DNA of 62,902 bases, filler included, from Octopus bimaculoides (lineage: Eukaryota): assembly GCF_001194135.2 (NCBI RefSeq). It is 4 parts of 4 records of this genome, joined end to end, with 100 filler letters (N's around TTAATTAATTAA, not from the genome) between each part and the next. Parts side by side here need not be neighbours in the genome. Positions count along the whole stretch, not along the records: positions 1 to 17,841 come from NC_068982.1; positions 17,942 to 34,467 come from NC_068991.1; 2 more parts are not named here. The stretch is one strand, 5' to 3'. Below are positions 12,514 to 26,815 of this stretch, one piece after another; the stretch's first letter is position 1; each line of letters opens with the position of its first letter. The position numbers and the translations under genes are program-made. The notes beneath the pieces are model-generated. The model had not been told where the DNA came from. It searched no databases and saw only the letters and a program-made list of their open reading frames with translations.

Positions 12514-13345
12514 CTCTTTACTACTTCCAACACAACAATCAGCAAACCAGCTGATGCATTTAAGTATTTTACAACTTGTGTATTCGCTCTGTTCCTTAAT
12601 TTGTACATGGATCTTCTGTTTTCAAGCAATTAGTGTATTGAACGATTTGTTCAGAGAACAACCTCCACGTGAATTCTCAACTGAGATGGCTCTGTAAGTA
12701 TGAGTTCTTCTGTCCTTTGCTTTTCTAAATTACCACTGCAGACCTTTCCCACATATAAACAGACACGCGCCCATAAGCTCACACAAACATCCCTACACAC
12801 AGAAAAAACGCACAGAAACACAAAAATAACCAGACATGCATACTACTAAACTCGTTCAAACATCTTCTTCGGTTTAATTCCATATATAAATCACTGCTAC
12901 GTTCTCATTCTGAAACCCTTGCTGCAATTGACAAAGAAGTCTATAAATCTCTTCTGTTATTCATAAAAAGTGTAGCCCTGATCTAACTTCTATCAATATC
13001 AAAGATTTTTTATCTCCCCATGATTCAACCTAATGTCATACATCACTATATGCAAAAACGTAATCTTTTATGTAGCCATGTTGGGGTACTTCCATGGAGG
13101 ATTTTTTTTGCCGAACGAATTGTCCCCAAAACTTTTAATTTTATTTAAAGCTGGTTAATTATCCTATCAGTCTCTTTTCCTGAACCAATCAGTCACGAGG
13201 TTGTCAAGAGGTGGTGGCGACAAACGCGCGCGCGCGCACACCCACACACACACACACCCACACACCCACACATACATGAATGTATAAGCGTATATCTCCA
13301 ACGACAATAATGAGTGCTCAACACTGCATTGGTGGAAAAAAGACC

Positions 13346-13398
<53 letters not shown>

Positions 13399-13404
13399 GT
13401 ATAT

Positions 13405-13620
13405 AAGTGAGGGCTTTTTTAAAGTTTCCATCTACCAAATCCACTCACAAGGATTTGGTCGGACCAAGACTATAGTAGAATTATAACCCGAATCTTAAAC
13501 GAATAATACACGTAAACGTCATAAAATGATCGTACACATCAGGTGACAAGCAATGGTACTGAACCTGGAATCATCTGATTAGGAAGCAAACACCTTGCCA
13601 CAGAGTCATACCTGTGCCTA
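13405..13620 (-). mobile_element. SINE family A (tRNA head plus CORE-like block), partial, with a foreign 61-bp insert
   Basis: Matches the recurring ...tttccatctaccaaatccactcacaagg...tagtagaa... consensus. Confidence 0.75.
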
Positions 13621-14240
13621 GGAAACAAAAACCTATCAGGTGGTATTTATGATAATTTCCTTTTGCTTCAGCCATACCACTTTACATGATATCTGCTGTT
13701 TCTGATAATAATTAGTAAATTTATGTGAAAAGATTGTTGGTTTTAACCCCTTATTCAACCACATATGAAAACATCAACACTGAAATCAATAGAGGTCAAA
13801 TTGTGATTACATATTTTTTCGGTGCTTGAAAATTTCCTTTCTCTTTAACAGAATCTATGTACACTCAAGTAGAATTATGTATTTCAACATATTTTGTTGG
13901 GATGTATAAACTTGATATCAATATCTGTAGTTCACTGGTAATTATTTTAGCAGATTCAAAACAATAAAATTATAAGACAAGATCAACTGAATTGGAAATC
14001 TTAAATCCAAAAAGAATTCTATTTCTACAATCTCCTGATACTTAAAAATCATCCATGAAAGGTTTTAGAGCCAACGGCAAAACTTCTAATTATAAAATGA
14101 TCTTTTATAAACTATAACCCAAATCTTAACCGAATAATACACGTAAAAGTCATAAAAAGGTCGTACACATCAGTTAATGATATCATGGGTACGTTCGGAA
14201 AAAAATATTAAGAGTACAGAAAAGTAACGTGACATTCTTA

Positions 14241-15060
14241 GGAGGTACGTTCAAAAAGTGTCCGATATTATTTTTTTGCCGGCAAAATTAATACCGCAAA
14301 AGCAAAATATTTAAAGTGGGAGATGACGTCAATCTTCCTGCACATGCGTGAACATTTTCTCGTCGGTAGGACGCGTCATCTCCCGGCTGTTACGGCTAGA
14401 GTACAGACGTGTAGTGTGTGCTCGTCGTATTTCGATTTTCACGCAAGATGACAGAACGCATCGAGCAGATACCATAAACGTATATCTCATCACTAGTGAT
14501 GATGGTCTTCATTAAGTCTGTGCCTCAGTTTCAACTGTCCAGCATGTTCTGAGCGATTTCCATGCGGAGTTGCTTCTTCTGGAATGTAATGGTGGCGTGC
14601 TTAGTACAGCTTTGTGAGCAATTTCCCGGTGTGTTACACGGTCTTCCATAACTATTCGCTGAACTTCCTCGTTTCGGCTTGTGGATAGCCTGCCTGAGTG
14701 TGTCTCACTCTCTACTAAGGTGCAGCAATGTTTGAAGCAGTTGTACCTCTCCTTGATCTGAGTTTTTACCATGGCATCGTCGCCAAATTTTACAGAATTT
14801 TCTGGATGTTTTGAGCTTTTGGCAAATCTTGATAAAATAACCCTGCTCGAAATGTTTGGTGATGGTAAAAATCCGACGACCGCGCACTACACTTCTGTAC
14901 TCTAGGTGTAACATACGGGAACTGACACGACGTGAAAACTGACACGACGTGAAAATTTTCGCGCAGCAAGAGCGGTGTCATCTACCCAAAAGATTTTATA
15001 CTTGTGGCATTTACTTTGGCGACAACAAATTGAAATCGTATACTTCTTGGACGCACCTCG
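14241..15060. mobile_element. Mariner derivative made of two inverted 5' ends (long-TIR foldback)
   Basis: Imperfect TIRs gaggtacgttcaaaaagtgtccga and (rc) gaggtgcgtccaagaagtatacga; transposase N-terminus MTERIEQ on + at 14448; HTH region KICQKL...KTQIKERYN...SGRLSTSRNEE...EDRVTHREIA on -. Confidence 0.75.
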
Positions 15061-15314
15061 AATCTTAAGTTCAAATAAACATAAAACACATCGTAAATAT
15101 AATTCATTTATTCAAAATGTAATCGACACGTTAGGAATAATATTTCCCCACCGCAAAACCAGTTTTCCATTCTATAAGGAGAAAGAAAAAAACAACTTAA
15201 CGTTCTTTAGAAGCAAAAAAAAAAAAATGTGTGAAATTCTGTTTCGACATCATCACGGTCCTGAATGTTTTTTTTTTGTTTTTTTGTTTGTTTTTTCTCC
15301 CCCATTGGTAAAGT

Positions 15315-15600
15315 GTTCAAGTGGCTAAAACAAGTGAAGATCTGATGGCTCTATGTCTGGAGAGTAAGGAGAGTGAGGTAGAGTTTCCCAGCTTAAAGCG
15401 CTTATCTTTTCCTGCTTTTGACCTTGCATTAACCTGTTGCAAGATGACCTTTCTCTTTTACCGACTTCCCCTTTTTATACACTTCACCCATCTAATTAAA
15501 ATGATCTTCCACTGCAGACAATGGTTTATTAAGCGTCCAGAATAAATCCCCAATACACTGACGTGGATCCTCTAATGGTGTAACGGCAGACTATTTGCTT
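15315..15600 (-). pseudogene. Mariner transposase catalytic-domain remnant
   Basis: Minus-strand VILQQVNAR and WETLPHSPYSPDIEPSDLHLF correspond to mariner LHDNARPH and YSPDLAPSDYHLF motifs; frameshifted. Confidence 0.8.
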
Positions 15601-16626
15601 TGCTTAAAAATACTTCATTACTTTGCGGTTCTCCTAATAACTCATGAATGACATGACTGGAATAATTTTATTCATAGAATTTGTTTGATTTGATCTAACA
15701 AGAGACCAAAGAGTAACAATATCGCCAATTTAATTTTTTCCTAATTCAACTGCTTTACAATGCATATAAAGATTTCATTTCAGAAGGCACCAAGTCAGAT
15801 TTCGTGAAAAATAATTTTATGGAAGGAAATCATAGAAAAAATGTTTCAGATTCACATAAAAATGTGGATATGAATCGACGCAGATGTGATGCTTTATGAT
15901 GCAGCTCTATATTGGAAAAATAACAGCTATTATTTTAGATTCCCTTGTCTGTATCAGACAAAAATGCTATTAAGAAAGTTCAGAATGTCTACTATATTGT
16001 TTTATTATCAGATCCATGGCATATTGAGACAGCTTGACTTTCAGACATGTAATGCAGAAATGGCGCAATTGCATCATATGTACACCTCTGTTCCTCGTAA
16101 CTTATATAACTGTGTACGTATATGTGTGTGCATGTGTGTGTGTATGCGTGTGTATGTGTGTGTGGGGGGGGGGTAAGCATGTAGATATATATCAGAAATT
16201 ATGTATAAATATCTATGGAAATACACATGCACACATATACACACACACAAACTCAGACACACGATAGATAGAGGGGAAGAAATAGATAGATAGATAGATA
16301 GATAGATAATTTTAGTTTATAGATACTACTTTCAAAATTCCAATTTTTATTTTCACCCATCCGCTTCTGTGTTTCTTTGATATTTTCATCAGCTCTATCG
16401 ACCACGAAGAACTTAATACATTCTTAGAATTTCTGCGTCGCATAAAGAGGAAAGGATGTTCAGAAATTTGAAAAGCAGAGTTATGAATAAAAATAATAAT
16501 GCTAGTTACACGTGGTTAATTGTGTTCGGCATTAATTCAATGACTTAAAATATCGAAAATTAACAAAGAAATGCTACTATATTCGCCGCAACTCTTCTCA
16601 CATATATAATGTATGTGAATATATAT

Positions 16627-16662
<36 letters not shown>

Positions 16663-16664
16663 TC

Positions 16665-16853
16665 TTTCTTTTATTTGTACCAGTCATTCGACTGCGGCCA
16701 TGCTGGAGCACCGCCTTTAGTGGAACAAATTGACACCACGACTTATTCTTTGTAAGCCTAGTACATATGTTCGATCGGTGTGTTTTGCCGAACTGCTACG
16801 TTACGTTTGTCAGTGATGGTAGGGGGACAAACACAGATGCAGAAACACACTCG

Positions 16854-16893
<40 letters not shown>

Positions 16894-17010
16894 CACACAC
16901 ACACACACACATATTTATACGACGGGCTTCTTCCAGTTTCCGTCTATCAAATCCACTCACAAGGCTTTGGTCGGCCTGAGGTTATAGTAGAAGACACCAT
17001 GTGGTTGGTA
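16665..17010 (-). mobile_element. SINE family A copy with internal (CA)n
   Basis: Both halves of the family A consensus flank a CA microsatellite; the copy runs into a gap. Confidence 0.85.
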
Positions 17011-17389
17011 NNNNNNNNNNNNNNNNNNNNNNNNNNNNNNNNNNNNNNNNNNNNNNNNNNNNNNNNNNNNNNNNNNNNNNNNNNNNNNNNNNNNNNNNNN
17101 NNNNNNNNNNNNNNNNNNNNNNNNNNNNNNNNNNNNNNNNNNNNNNNNNNNNNNNNNNNNNNNNNNNNNNNNNNNNNNNNNNNNNNNNNNNNNNNNNNNN
17201 NNNNNNNNNNNNNNNNNNNNNNNNNNNNNNNNNNNNNNNNNNNNNNNNNNNNNNNNNNNNNNNNNNNNNNNNNNNNNNNNNNNNNNNNNNNNNNNNNNNN
17301 NNNNNNNNNNNNNNNNNNNNNNNNNNNNNNNNNNNNNNNNNNNNNNNNNNNNNNTATATATATGTATATATATTTGTTTTTGTCCCGGT

Positions 17390-17710
17390 GCTTATTCTAT
17401 CGGATTCATTTACAAAACCGCAAGTATACAGGACGCAAACCCGCCAGCACCGGCTGTCAAGGAGTGGTGGCGGAGTCAAACACAGACACAAAGACAAACA
17501 CACAAACACTGATAAATAAACACGCACACACACACAAACACATATACGACTAGCGCTTAGCTTCCTTCAGTGTCCATCTGCCAAATCAATCCACAAGACT
17601 TTTGTCGGTCTGAGTCTATAGTAGAAGATACTTGCAGAAAGTGCCACGCAGTGGGACTGAACCCAGTTCTATGAGATTGGGAAGCAAGCATCTCACCACG
17701 CAGCCGCATA
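17390..17710 (-). mobile_element. SINE family A copy (diverged)
   Basis: Family A blocks ...tatagtagaagatacttgc...gtgccacgcagtgggactgaaccc... present. Confidence 0.8.
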
Positions 17711-17841
17711 TGTATGTATGTATGTATGCATGTATGTATGTATGTATGTATGTATGTATGTATGTATTCATGTATGTATGTATGATGGAAAGGGGACAAT
17801 CTGTTCATGTGTTTGCATCCCCGTGAATTAGCGGTTCGCTA

Positions 17842-17941
17842 NNNNNNNNNNNNNNNNNNNNNNNNNNNNNNNNNNNNNNNNNNNNTTAATTAATTAANNN
17901 NNNNNNNNNNNNNNNNNNNNNNNNNNNNNNNNNNNNNNNNN
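17842..17941. other. Assembly spacer: 44 N + TTAATTAATTAA + 44 N
   Basis: Exactly 100 bp; same pattern at 34468-34567 and 50104-50203; the 12-mer places stops in all six frames. Confidence 0.95.
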
Positions 17942-18755
17942 ATATATACATATATATATAAGGTCACCATTCGACCCTGCATTGAATATTACTGTCATCT
18001 TTTGGCTGGTGTCTTCTCTGAGTGTCTTAACTTGCGTGAACGAATTCAGGATGGAGTTGATAGCAAGATGTGTCCTCTTCTTCGGAAGAGGTCGCAATCT
18101 TTCGTTCATTGTTGAAATGCACTTTCATTGGTCTTTCACTATAGATATTTCGATGGTCATTACTCTAATGAAAGTCCTGGGTCTAACACCCTCTCTCAAG
18201 ACCTTTAAACGTGTGACTCATTTCCCTCCCAGTTAGTCATAAGTCGTTTTATTCTAATAGCTTCTTTCCTTGAACTTTCTGAAACTTACCACCATCATTC
18301 TATGCACACACACAGATAACACACACATAGTCACCAGGGCGGTACATGGCATTCTAACTAGAAGAAACTTTCTCTCGACTCCGCCCTGCGACTATTAAGA
18401 ATATTTTCTTCTATGGTTATTTGTTACGAGTATTCGCTTCGCACAGCCCGCGTGCTGACGAACGGGGCTTTTAGGTATCACACCGTAATTTGAACTCAGA
18501 CACGAAGTGCAGAAACAAATAGCGAAGCACATATCATCTACTACAATGTTTTGCCATGGGTGGCTGCTTTATTTATAGACCTCGAAAGGGTCAAATAGGA
18601 ACTTGACTTCCACTGGATTTGAATTCCTAGTAGGAAAAATATCGCAGATTTTCTATCCACAAATCCAGTGCTTCACATATATGTATGTGTGTGCGCGCAC
18701 ACGTGCGTGTACAAACGCATATAAAAGTATACAAATATATGCACATGTACATCTA

Positions 18756-18839
<84 letters not shown>

Positions 18840-19150
18840 NNNNNNNNNNNNNNNNNNNNNNNNNNNNNNNNNNNNNNNNNNNNNNNNNNNNNNNNNNNNN
18901 NNNNNNNNNNNNNNNNNNNNNNNNNNNNNNNNNNNNNNNNNNNNNNNNNNNNNNNNNNNNNNNNNNNNNNNNNNNNNNNNNNNNNNNNNNNNNNNNNNNN
19001 NNNNNNNNNNNNNNNNNNNNNNNNNNNNNNNNNNNNNNNNNNNNNNNNNNTATATATAACTGTATATATACATATATATGTGTGTGTATATATATGCACG
19101 TACACTCACACACATATACATATGTACCATATACATGCTTGCATATCTAT

Positions 19151-19206
<56 letters not shown>

Positions 19207-19344
19207 GTATGTATACATGTACATATATGTGTGTATATGTATATGTAGATGTACATGTATGGGCGCGTGTATACGTGAATGTAATATATGTATATATGCA
19301 TGTGCACATGTGTGTGAGTGAGTGCATGTGTATGTGAGTGTGTG

Positions 19345-19388
<44 letters not shown>

Positions 19389-19619
19389 ATACTGGCGCCT
19401 TCGAATTCTAACACGCTTATATACATATCGAATCAGCATATCGTACAACACGTAAACATAAGGAAATGTAAATAACTCGACGAAACAGAAGACCAGGAAA
19501 AATATGACGAAAATGGATGAAAATAAACAATCCCCTCTTTGCAATGCCAGGGAGAGTAAAAAAAAAAATGACAAAAAAAAAAAACAAAAAGAAAAAATAG
19601 TTAAGAAATAAGCGCTTAC

Positions 19620-19977
19620 CTCACAGCAAATGTCAACCCACTATGGTGTGATATTAGTTTTTCAGGATCACGGACCAACCACTGCCTGTGCCTCTTTTTC
19701 TCTCTCTATCTTCCTCTCTCTATGTTTCTTCTTTCTCTTCTACTTCTGCTTCGACTTCTAGATATTGGTGACGACTGAAGAGGAGAAGTGGAGCAACAGT
19801 TTATAGGGGTACTTTTCTTCCTTTCTCTTTTTTTTACTTTCTTACTATTTATATATAAATATCATATATATATTTAAAGTTATAGTTTGTTTTGTCAATT
19901 TTCTTTCTCGTATTTTTTTCCCTTTGTGTGTGTTATTTTTCTGTGTTGTGTTATAATAGAATGATGTGAGTCGCTCT
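19620..19977 (-). other. Candidate non-coding first exon (5' UTR) of a minus-strand gene
   Basis: Ends at a strong donor GAG|GTAAGC (intron starts at 19619) followed by T-rich intron-like sequence; A/G-rich unique sequence with only a 4-codon uORF; starts about 29 bp downstream of a TATA box. Confidence 0.5.
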
Positions 19978-20250
19978 AAAAACACTGCTCGTTGGTGTCT
20001 TATATATAGTAGTGCTTAAGAAAACTAAGGCAGGTCTATACCGCCTCACTTATCGATCTACGCGCCCACATTTTCGACGTGTCTAAACTATAACGCCTCT
20101 CTCCTCCTCCCCGCCTTCCTTCTGCCTCCTTCTTCTCCTCCCGCCCCACGGTCTGTATTTCCTTTCCTCTGCCCAGTGCCTAACCCATTCTCTTTCCCCT
20201 TGTAATCACCATTCCGGCAAACACCGTCGCCGCCGCCCCGTAGTCGTCGA
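19970..20250 (-). promoter_or_regulatory. Candidate core promoter: TATATAAG (rc of 19999-20006), Inr-like TTTTAGAG near 19977, CpG/GC-rich upstream region
   Basis: TATA-to-start spacing about 29 nt; local CpG enrichment, GC-box-like ccgccc/cgcccc motifs and a DRE-like TATCGATC upstream. Confidence 0.45.
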
Positions 20251-20269
20251 TGTTTTTGTTATTTTTGTT

Positions 20270-20273
20270 GTCG

Positions 20274-20308
<35 letters not shown>

Positions 20309-20460
20309 GATGTTATACTCTTGTTGACGTTGTGGTTGTTGGTATTGATCTTGATGATCATCATGAAGATAATGATGATGATGATGATGATGATGAGGAT
20401 GATGAAGATGAGAGGACGACGATGACGACGACGATGATGATGATGATGATAATGACGGTA
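20270..20460. repeat. (GTT)n and (GAT)n trinucleotide tracts
   Basis: Direct reading. Confidence 0.9.
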
Positions 20461-20499
20461 ATTATGTTGTTGATGTTAATGAAAGTGTTTAAAAAAATA

Positions 20500-22080
<1,581 letters not shown>

Positions 22081-22122
22081 TCACAAAATTTTTCATCTTC
22101 TGTGTATGTGAGAAACTAATAT

Positions 22123-22171
<49 letters not shown>

Positions 22172-22455
22172 CGTCATCATCATTATATCATAATCATCAC
22201 AGCTATCGTCGACACAATTATTAGTATCTCTGTTACCATCATCATCATCATCATCCCTACCATAGACATCGTCCACCACCATCGCCATCGCCTCCGCCAC
22301 CGCCTCTGCCATCGTTCACTGTCCTCACCCGTCCACCAGCGCCGCCCCCGCTGCCACGTCATCGATGAACCTTTCCCACACCACCACCTTCTTCCTGATT
22401 CTTTTCACCTCAGTATCGCCGTCACATCTGTCTTCGCCACCCACCGGCCCAGCTG

Positions 22456-22498
<43 letters not shown>

Positions 22499-22699
22499 TG
22501 CCATTATCACACAAGCATTTTTTTCAACAGGCTAATTTTTCACATTTCATTTTTTCTTCTTTTTTTTCTTTTTCACCTGCATCCATTAATACAAATCTGT
22601 TTTATATGTGTATCGGATATAGACAATCCACCACACTCGAACACATTAACAGGCATATAAATATACAACGAACATTGATTTATACACACATGTATATTT

Positions 22700-23675
22700 A
22701 TACATAAACATACATAGGTGAATGTGTTGCTGTGTATTAAAGACGTTTGCTTTCCAACCATATGGTTCAGTTCCAATGCGTGGCACCTTGGAAGAATGTC
22801 TTCTCCTAAAGCCTTGGACCGACTAATGCCTTGTTAGGGAAACAAAACTGAAGGAAGTCCATGGTAATTATTAATATATATATATATATATTCTTTTATT
22901 CTTTTAATTGTTTCAGTCATTTGACTGCGGCCATACTGGAGCACCGCCTTTAGTCGAATAAAATCGACCCCAGGACTTATTCTTTGTAAGCCTAGTACTT
23001 ATTCTATCAGTCTCTTTTTGCCGAATCGCTAAGTTACGCGAACCTAAACACACCAGCATCGGTTGTCAAGCGATGTTGGGGGGACAAACACAGATACACA
23101 ACATATACACACATACACATATATATACATATATACGACGGGCTTCTTTCAGTTTCCGTCGACCAAATCCACTCACAAGGCTTTGGTCGGCTCGAGGCTA
23201 TAGTAGAAGACACTTGCCCAAGGTGCCACGCAGTGGGACTGAACCCGGAACCATGTGGTTGGTAAGCAAGCTACTTATTCTTTTACTTGTTTCAGCCATT
23301 TGACTCCGGCCATGCTGGAGCATAGACTTTAAGTCGAATAAATCGATCCCAGGACTCATTCTTTGTAAGCCTGATACTTATTCTACGGGGACGTAAACAT
23401 ACTAACATCGGTTGTCAAGCGACGGTGGTGGAGTTGGGAGTGACAAACACAAAGACACACATGAACACACAGACACAGACACAGACACAGACACACACAC
23501 ACACACACGCACACATATATACAACAGGCTTCTTTCAGTTTCCGTTTACCAAATCTGCTTATAAAGCTTTGATCGGCTCGAGATTGTAGTAGAAGGCACT
23601 TGCCTGAACCCGGAACCAAGTGGCTGGGATTCAAGCTTCTTACTACACAGCCACGCCTGCACCTATTTATACATA

Positions 23676-23721
<46 letters not shown>

Positions 23722-23950
23722 TGTGTGTGAGTGTGTAGCGTAACTTTGCATTTGTGTTTGTTCCCCACCACCGCTTAACAACCGGTGCTGGTTTGATAAC
23801 GACCTCGTAAACATTAGCGGTTCAGGCAAAGAGGTCGATAGAATAAGCAGTAGGCTTCAATTATAATGTACTGTGGTCGATTTGTTCGACTAAGCCCTTT
23901 AAGTTATTGCTCCAGCATGGCTGCAGCCTAGTGGGTGACACAAGTAAAAG
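22700..23950. mobile_element. Cluster of SINE family A copies in both orientations
   Basis: Plus fragment about 22700-22870; minus copies about 22895-23280 and 23280-23620; plus 3' half about 23740-23950. Confidence 0.85.
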
Positions 23951-24079
23951 ATAAGATACAAACACGTAAATATACACTCGGAGGTATATGCATATTTAAC
24001 AGTTAATTTTATATCTTGCATGTTACCTGTTTGAAATGATAATGAATTTTTAGAAAATAAAATTCAGGTACAGTCACAT

Positions 24080-24113
<34 letters not shown>

Positions 24114-24194
24114 GCACACAGACGCTCACGAACACTCGCACATTCGCGTTAACACATGCATTCATTCATTAATTCATTCATACACACATACATA

Positions 24195-24870
24195 TACTCT
24201 CTTTTACTCTTTTTACTTGTTTCAGTCATTTGACTGCGGCCATACTGGAGCACCGCCTTTAGTCGAGCAAATCGACTCCAGGACTTGTTCTTTGTAAGCC
24301 TAGTACTTATTCTATCGGTCTGTTTTTGCCGAACCGCTAAGTGACGGGACGTAAACACACCAGCATCGGTTGTCAAGCGATGTTAGGGGGACAAACACAG
24401 ACACACAAACACACATATATATATATATATANNNNNNNNNNNNNNNNNNNNNNNNNNNNNNNNNNNNNNNNNNNNNNNNNNNNNNNNNNNNNNNNNNNNN
24501 NNNNNNNNNNNNNNNNNNNNNNNNNNNNNNNNNNNNNNNNNNNNNNNNNNNNNNNNNNNNNNNNNNNNNNNNNNNNNNNNNNNNNNNNNNNNNNNNNNNN
24601 NNNNNNNNNNNNNNNNNNNNNNNNNNNNNNNNNNNNNNNNNNNNNNNNNNNNNNNNNNNNNNNNNNNNNNNNNNNNNNNNNNNNNNNATATATATACATA
24701 TATACGACGGGTTTCTTTCAGTTTCCGTCTACCAAATCCACTCACAAGGCTTTGGTTGGCCCGAGACTATAGTAGAATACACCTGCCCAAGGTGCCACGC
24801 AGTGGGACTGAACCCGGAACCATGTGGTTGGCAAGCAAGCTACTTACCACACAGCCATTCCTGCGCCTAT
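24195..24870 (-). mobile_element. Full-length, little-diverged SINE family A with a gap in its internal (TA)n
   Basis: Both halves are close to the recurring consensus. Confidence 0.9.
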
Positions 24871-24965
24871 GTATGTTTATATGTTCAAATATATGTGCAA
24901 GAGTGAGTACGTGTATGTATGTATGTATGTATGTATGTATGTATGTATGTATGTATGTGTGTGTA

Positions 24966-25004
<39 letters not shown>

Positions 25005-25674
25005 GTGTGTGTGTGCATGATGGACTCTTCCGTCGAAGACGACGTATGGGTGTTCAGCTTTTGCCGAACGATCTGCACAAATGATTTCTTTATAGAGATC
25101 AAATGTATGTGTTGTACATTAGCTCACTCTCTCTGCATCAAATCTACGTTGCTTGAAACTGTTCACGGTTTACCACACGTTAGGTGTCGAAATGATCGCA
25201 GAGCAACGTGAGATGAAATGTTTAGCTCAAGAACACAACGCAAGATACGTATGAGAGAATTGCTTATACTAGAGAAGTCTGTCCAAGCTAACTGCACCAA
25301 TGTGCAAGGCTGTCAAAGATCGTATGCCTATTCTTCTTCGTGGTAGTGGTTCAGAAAATCTAAAGCTGAAGCCATCGGCTGCTAATCCCTTTGAGGATCC
25401 ACTAGCTATAACATCCTGTTACTTGTCCATCAAATAAAAAGGGGTAGACCAACAGAACAATGTTCAAGATAGGTTTTCTCTCGTGTTTCAGTCCAACGTT
25501 TAAAGAATATTGCTAGGCTTAAAAATATATCATTGCTTCTGGTGAATCATGCTTGAGGTTATCCATCTAACTTGGATGACATGGCAAATAATGTCCAAAG
25601 AATTTTATTGCTTTCAGACACGACCAGCTTGAGTTGATCTGGGGACCAAGGGGTTATTGCTATTTTCAAGACAT

Positions 25675-26040
25675 ATAGGCGCAGGCGTGGCTGTGTGGTA
25701 AGAAGCTTACTTCGAAACTACATGGTTCCAGGTTCAATCTCAATGCGTGACACCCTGGGCAGATCTGGTGAGTGGGTTTGGTAGATGGAAACTGAAAGAA
25801 TCCCGTCATATATATATATATATGTATGTATGTATGTGTGTTTCTGTGTTTGTCCCCCACTAGAACTTGATAATTAGTGTGTTTATATCACCGTAACCTA
25901 GCGGTTCGGCAAAAGAAACCGATAAAATAAGTACAAGGCTAAAAAATGAAGTACTGTGGTCGATTCATTCGACTAAATATTCTCCAAGCCACTGCTCCAG
26001 CATGGACACACTGTAATGACTGAGACAAGTAAAAGGTAAA
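25675..26040 (+). mobile_element. SINE family A copy
   Basis: Head ggcgcaggcgtggctgtgtggtaagaagc..., internal (TA)(TG) tract, 3' half ending gagacaagtaaaag. Confidence 0.85.
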
Positions 26041-26614
26041 AATACTTTTTGAAACACAATTTTAAATAATGGATTTGTTATATGGTGAAACTAAACCTAC
26101 TCTGAAGAAATTTTGGCTTAGTTACCACAACATGAATACTATTTAAAGTTTGGTGTATGCATGGTAAGAAGTGAAAGTAGCCACAATGAAGCTGGTCTGG
26201 AGTAAAATCCAGGCATTGTATGTATATCTTTAAATGAAATGAATATGATTAATAGACGACAATTGTTTAATAATATAGGCAGTAAATGTACGAATAAACG
26301 GAGAACAAAAATATATTTATCAATAATGGCTTTTTGACTATCTAAAACTAGACAAATAATACACATATGTACGGCTTTCGTATGTGTCAGAGTTAATATA
26401 TTTAAAAGAAATATATATTTAGGTGACTATTTACAATAAAATATACTTGTCCAACTTTTCATTTGTTGTATGACTTCTTGGTCGCTTGACTTGCTTGAAA
26501 TAGCACCCCACCTGCTCAAAAAGGAGGGACGTATGAAATAACGTAGTCTTAAAATGCACTGTCTGAAAAAAAGGATGGTCACGAATGGAACGCCTTCTCA
26601 CATTGGAGTAAAGC

Positions 26615-26815
26615 AACAACAACAACAACCAACACCGACAATATTAGCAATGACAACGCTTGGACTAAAACGACAAAATTAGCAGCAACTTTGGGACTAA
26701 AACAACAGCATTTTTAGCTACAATAACGGCACGGCCAAAACAACATTAGCAACAACGACTGAAACGACAACATTAGCAACAAAAATGCTGGGACTAAAAC
26801 AAGAAAATAACTTCA
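26615..26815. repeat. Degenerate minisatellite with unit of about 30 bp (acaacattagcaacaac...ggactaaaac)
   Basis: About 5-6 imperfect units sharing ttagc and gactaaaac motifs. Confidence 0.65.

Noticed and set aside
17886-17897. TTAATTAATTAA palindrome as a homeodomain or PacI-type site
   Set aside because: It is a synthetic spacer centred in exactly 100-bp gaps, seen three times.
22260-22500. GC-rich Pro/His/Ala-rich apparent coding region
   Set aside because: Drifted CAT/CAC/GCC trinucleotide sequence with no start, splice or homology support.
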